Shown one piece after another: positions 60,516 to 64,000 of a stretch of 64,000 bases of DNA. The first letter of the stretch is position 1, and every line of letters begins with the position of its first letter. This stretch comes from Octopus vulgaris (Eukaryota): positions 68,572,001-68,636,000 of the forward strand of contig OX597820.1 in assembly GCA_951406725.2 (NCBI GenBank), written 5' to 3'. The notes beneath the pieces are model-generated. The model saw only the letters and a list, made by a program, of their open reading frames with translations. It did no database searches and was not told where the DNA came from. The translations under genes were made by a program, and so were the position numbers.

Positions 60516-60555
60516 ACGTTGTACAATATAATTTGATATAATATAATATAATATA

Positions 60556-60656
<101 letters not shown>

Positions 60657-60763
60657 TTATATTTATATTTATATCAATATATCAGTTTATAGACCAACTC
60701 GAAGTTTCACCAGAAGTGGGCGCCTGTCTGGGGAGCGAAACTTACATCATATGTGTGAAATGG

Positions 60764-60809
<46 letters not shown>

Positions 60810-61029
60810 CACACACACGCACACACACACTTATATAAGAGGCCAGAGCAGGTGAAAAGAAAGTTGGTGGGTGATTCTAACCACAGACACCTGAGTAAAA
60901 TCTTGGACTGAATATAATATTTCGCATTGTCGGTGTACGAGTTGACCTTCTCCAGTGTGTCTTCGGTAAGGAAAGGCAGTATATTTATTGTTTTGTTGTT
61001 TCACTGTAGGGCTGTTTCGCTCGAGTAGA

Positions 61030-61360
61030 CCTATGATTAGCACTTTCTGATGATTCATCCCTCCAATAATCAATGTTTTACGATCAAGCACATCTGAAAC
61101 CCGGCAGACTCTTGAACTGTTGTCATATGATTAGGCAATCCTATAACCAGCGGTTCCACGATCAAGCAGACAAAAATACCAGTCTTCTTATGACCAACAC
61201 TCCAATGATTAAACATACCAAATATTAGCAGTCTTACGATCAGAAGTCCTATGATTAGCAGGCTAGTCGTGAAGCAGACCGATCACAAGCAGGTTCATAA
61301 AAGCAGGCACATAATCATCAAACCATTGACCGGCAGATTTATGATCGAAGAAACCTCTCA
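61030..61360 (+). repeat. Degenerate 15-bp minisatellite
   Basis: Recurring units tatgattagcactt, tacgatcaagcac, tataaccagcggttc, tacgatcagaagtcc, tatgattagcaggct. Confidence 0.6.
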
Positions 61361-63180
61361 TCAAATGCACTTTGGTCACGGACGTGTCTATTTACATCTA
61401 TTTAGACCTGCTTCATGTAATGCATATTTTTATTTTATTTCAGTGAGATATTTTATGATTCCTATGCGAAATCTGTGACGGGCATAGCAAACCTGATTTT
61501 ATTGGCTCAATATGATTCATTCCAATTTAGTGGTGATTATATTATAAATTATGTTTGAAGATATCTTCTACAGGCGCTTGAACGAATACGTATATTAATG
61601 ATCAGTGCTCTCAAATTTAAAATTGAAATAATATACTGACGACGGGAGTGAGTAGAAATATGATTTTACATTTCTTTATATCTCTTTAACTCAGAAACGC
61701 GTATATAGTATATAGCCGGGTGGATTATTTTATTTATCTTTACCTGCGTGAGTTGAGAGTATTGCTGTCTGGGAGACATCTTATGGTAGTGGAATAATAT
61801 TTAACGGCTATTTCTAAATTTCGGTGTTTTGAAGCAATTTTTGCTGGACCCTAATTATAATTATGCTTATAATTATAGACGTTTTGTATACATAATCATA
61901 TTTAAGTTCACTTTTATATAACGGCTTCTTTTCTGTCCAGTCTTTAGTTAGTTTCCGTGCTGAAGCACCATCTTCAAGGCCTTAATAAATTATATAACCC
62001 TCAACAGGTATTTTATCGAATGTGGCTTAAAATTTTTAAAGGGCGCGTGGGTGTAAAGAGACGTTATGAGGTGTAAGCTGGGGTTCTTTCCGCAGAATGT
62101 TGGTGAAGTGGTTATTGAGACAATGATGTGAACGATTCTTTCTTGTCATCTTACGGGTTGCTGATTTGGAGACATAAGGTGAAATCAACCCTGTACCTGA
62201 TTAGTATTGATTTCATAAGGATTATATGCAAATTTAACGTCGTTGGAATTTGAACTACGATCAAATTAACGAGAATCGTCAAATATTTTCTCGTTGCTTT
62301 AATGACAATTAGAACGTTGGAGAGTATTCCCCAATTGTGGAACATTTTTTATTGTGTAAAACAAATATTTTACGTAGATTTGATTACTGACAAGTATATC
62401 GTAAGTATATTTACTTTGAAAATCTACACGCAATTCTTGAAACCAAATTAAAATTTCCTCTATTTAACACAGCTGAACAGACAAAACAAACTGTTCGGAA
62501 AGAGTCAACGGAAACATTTGTACGGAAACGTCAGCTACCAATCTAAGATAGTTTATTACATGTTGTGCAACGTTCAACTATTTGTACACAATCATACATC
62601 TGGCCTGGAGGGGAGGTGTTACGAAGCTGATAACCACAAAAAATGACTAAAACAGAAACGTATTCACCTCTAGCTAATTCAAACAAAAGAAGGTTGCGAC
62701 GATATCCGCAAGTACATTTACTTTGGAAATAAAAACTGAATTTTGTGCTGTAACACGAGGAAAGGACAAGTAATGTTGTGAATAACTAATACAATAGTAA
62801 TTCCAATAAGAACTGTAACAAGAGGGTTACGTAATACAACAGCAGATAAATAAATAAGCAAACAATCGAATCTGAATGAAAACAACATGATCAACAATGA
62901 AAGCTATAGCAAACAGTTGACAATGCTAATATATGTTCTCAACACATAGTGAACTATTGGACAGCCAGCATTTTATTCCTTTTTCCTTTTCGTGTTTCAA
63001 CCAATAGACTGAACCATGCTGGAGTAGAGCCTTCGATGAATTTCAGTTGATAATCTTGTGGCCAGGATCATGTTTGTTATTCATTTCTTTGCTCTTTTAC
63101 CATAAGTTATGCAAGACTTAAACAAAAATAAAAAATGTAATCGGTCTTAACGCGCGTGCACGCACACACACACAAAGGTA

Positions 63181-63770
63181 TTGGGTTGTCCGGAAAGTTC
63201 ATGCCGATTTTTAAAGGAAAGAAAAAGGTCAATAAATACTTGCCATTACATTTTTGATCGACCAAATATGAAACATTTTGTTGCACAATGCGTCTCCATC
63301 TTTCCATTAACTTGAAAATACCCTCTTCCCAGAATTGAGGTGGTTTCATGGCAAATAATTCATCAAGGTATCTTTTTACGTCATCCAAGGAATTGAAATA
63401 TTTACCATTAAGACTATTCTGCAGAGACCTGAATAAGTGGAAATCCGAAGGAGCAATATCTGGTGAATATGGAGAGTGGGGTAACACATCCCAGCAGAGC
63501 TGCAGCAGTTTTTGTCTGGTTCCTAAAGCAACAAGTGCCGAAAATGAACTTTCTTATCTTCCATTTTAAAGGGTTACAGAATTAACACAGGTTATAGGAG
63601 CATAAACCTTCTTGCACGAAAAGATAGCTTAAACTGTGTTCTAAATGGAGGTGTAGTCAAATCTTATTCTATGGACTCAACTAGTTGGAATGGACTCAAT
63701 CCATTTTATGGACTCAACCAGTTGAAATGTAAGCTACTATAAATCGGAATGAACTTTCCGGATAACCCAA
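63181..63770 (-). mobile_element. Internally deleted young mariner with both TIRs
   Basis: TA|TTGGGTTGTCCGGAAAGTTCAT and ATGAACTTTCCGGATAACCCAA|TA; MEDKKVHFRHLLL joined out of frame to LPHSPYSPDIAPSDFHLFRSLQN. Confidence 0.92.
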
Positions 63771-63777
63771 TACATAT

Positions 63778-63843
<66 letters not shown>

Positions 63844-64000
63844 GATGTTTAACCCTCTCTTTCTATATTTATGTATATGATATATATGATGATTGCTGTG
63901 TCTTAACATATGAGTGTCGCCGCCTCTTGCTTGCTCGTTATCGATGTGATCACTGACTTGTCATCCGTGGTCACTCAGATGACTACAGAGTCCCGTTGCA

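Noticed and set aside
61030-61360. CRISPR-like array
   Set aside because: Eukaryotic context; units are contiguous and degenerate with no spacers.

Overview
This is AT-rich eukaryotic DNA, dense in (TA)n, (CA)n, (TATG)n and (TATC)n microsatellites. The repeat landscape suggests an octopus-like cephalopod (inference). Most ORF-track entries are translated microsatellites. Recognisable content: decayed Tc1/mariner transposons (DD34D, DD37D, rosa-like), R4/Dong and CR1-group LINE fragments, two abundant SINE families, Helitron pieces and faint Gypsy relics. Main observations: (1) a recurring family of (TA)n-inserted fold-back elements carrying type I hammerhead ribozyme motifs with palindromic stem III, probably Penelope-like; (2) a composite Helitron at 4176-6008 that appears to have carried about 1.2 kb of other DNA into a SINE, which is restored when it is removed; (3) a SINE and a CR1 LINE sharing a 3' tail with a covarying stem-loop; (4) a His-rich coding segment ending KHEL-stop (44369-44526) that the ORF track misses, plus a phase-compatible upstream exon candidate whose two stops could both become Trp by A-to-I editing; (5) a cryptic 15-bp minisatellite. 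Boundaries of decayed repeats are approximate and no database searches were run.
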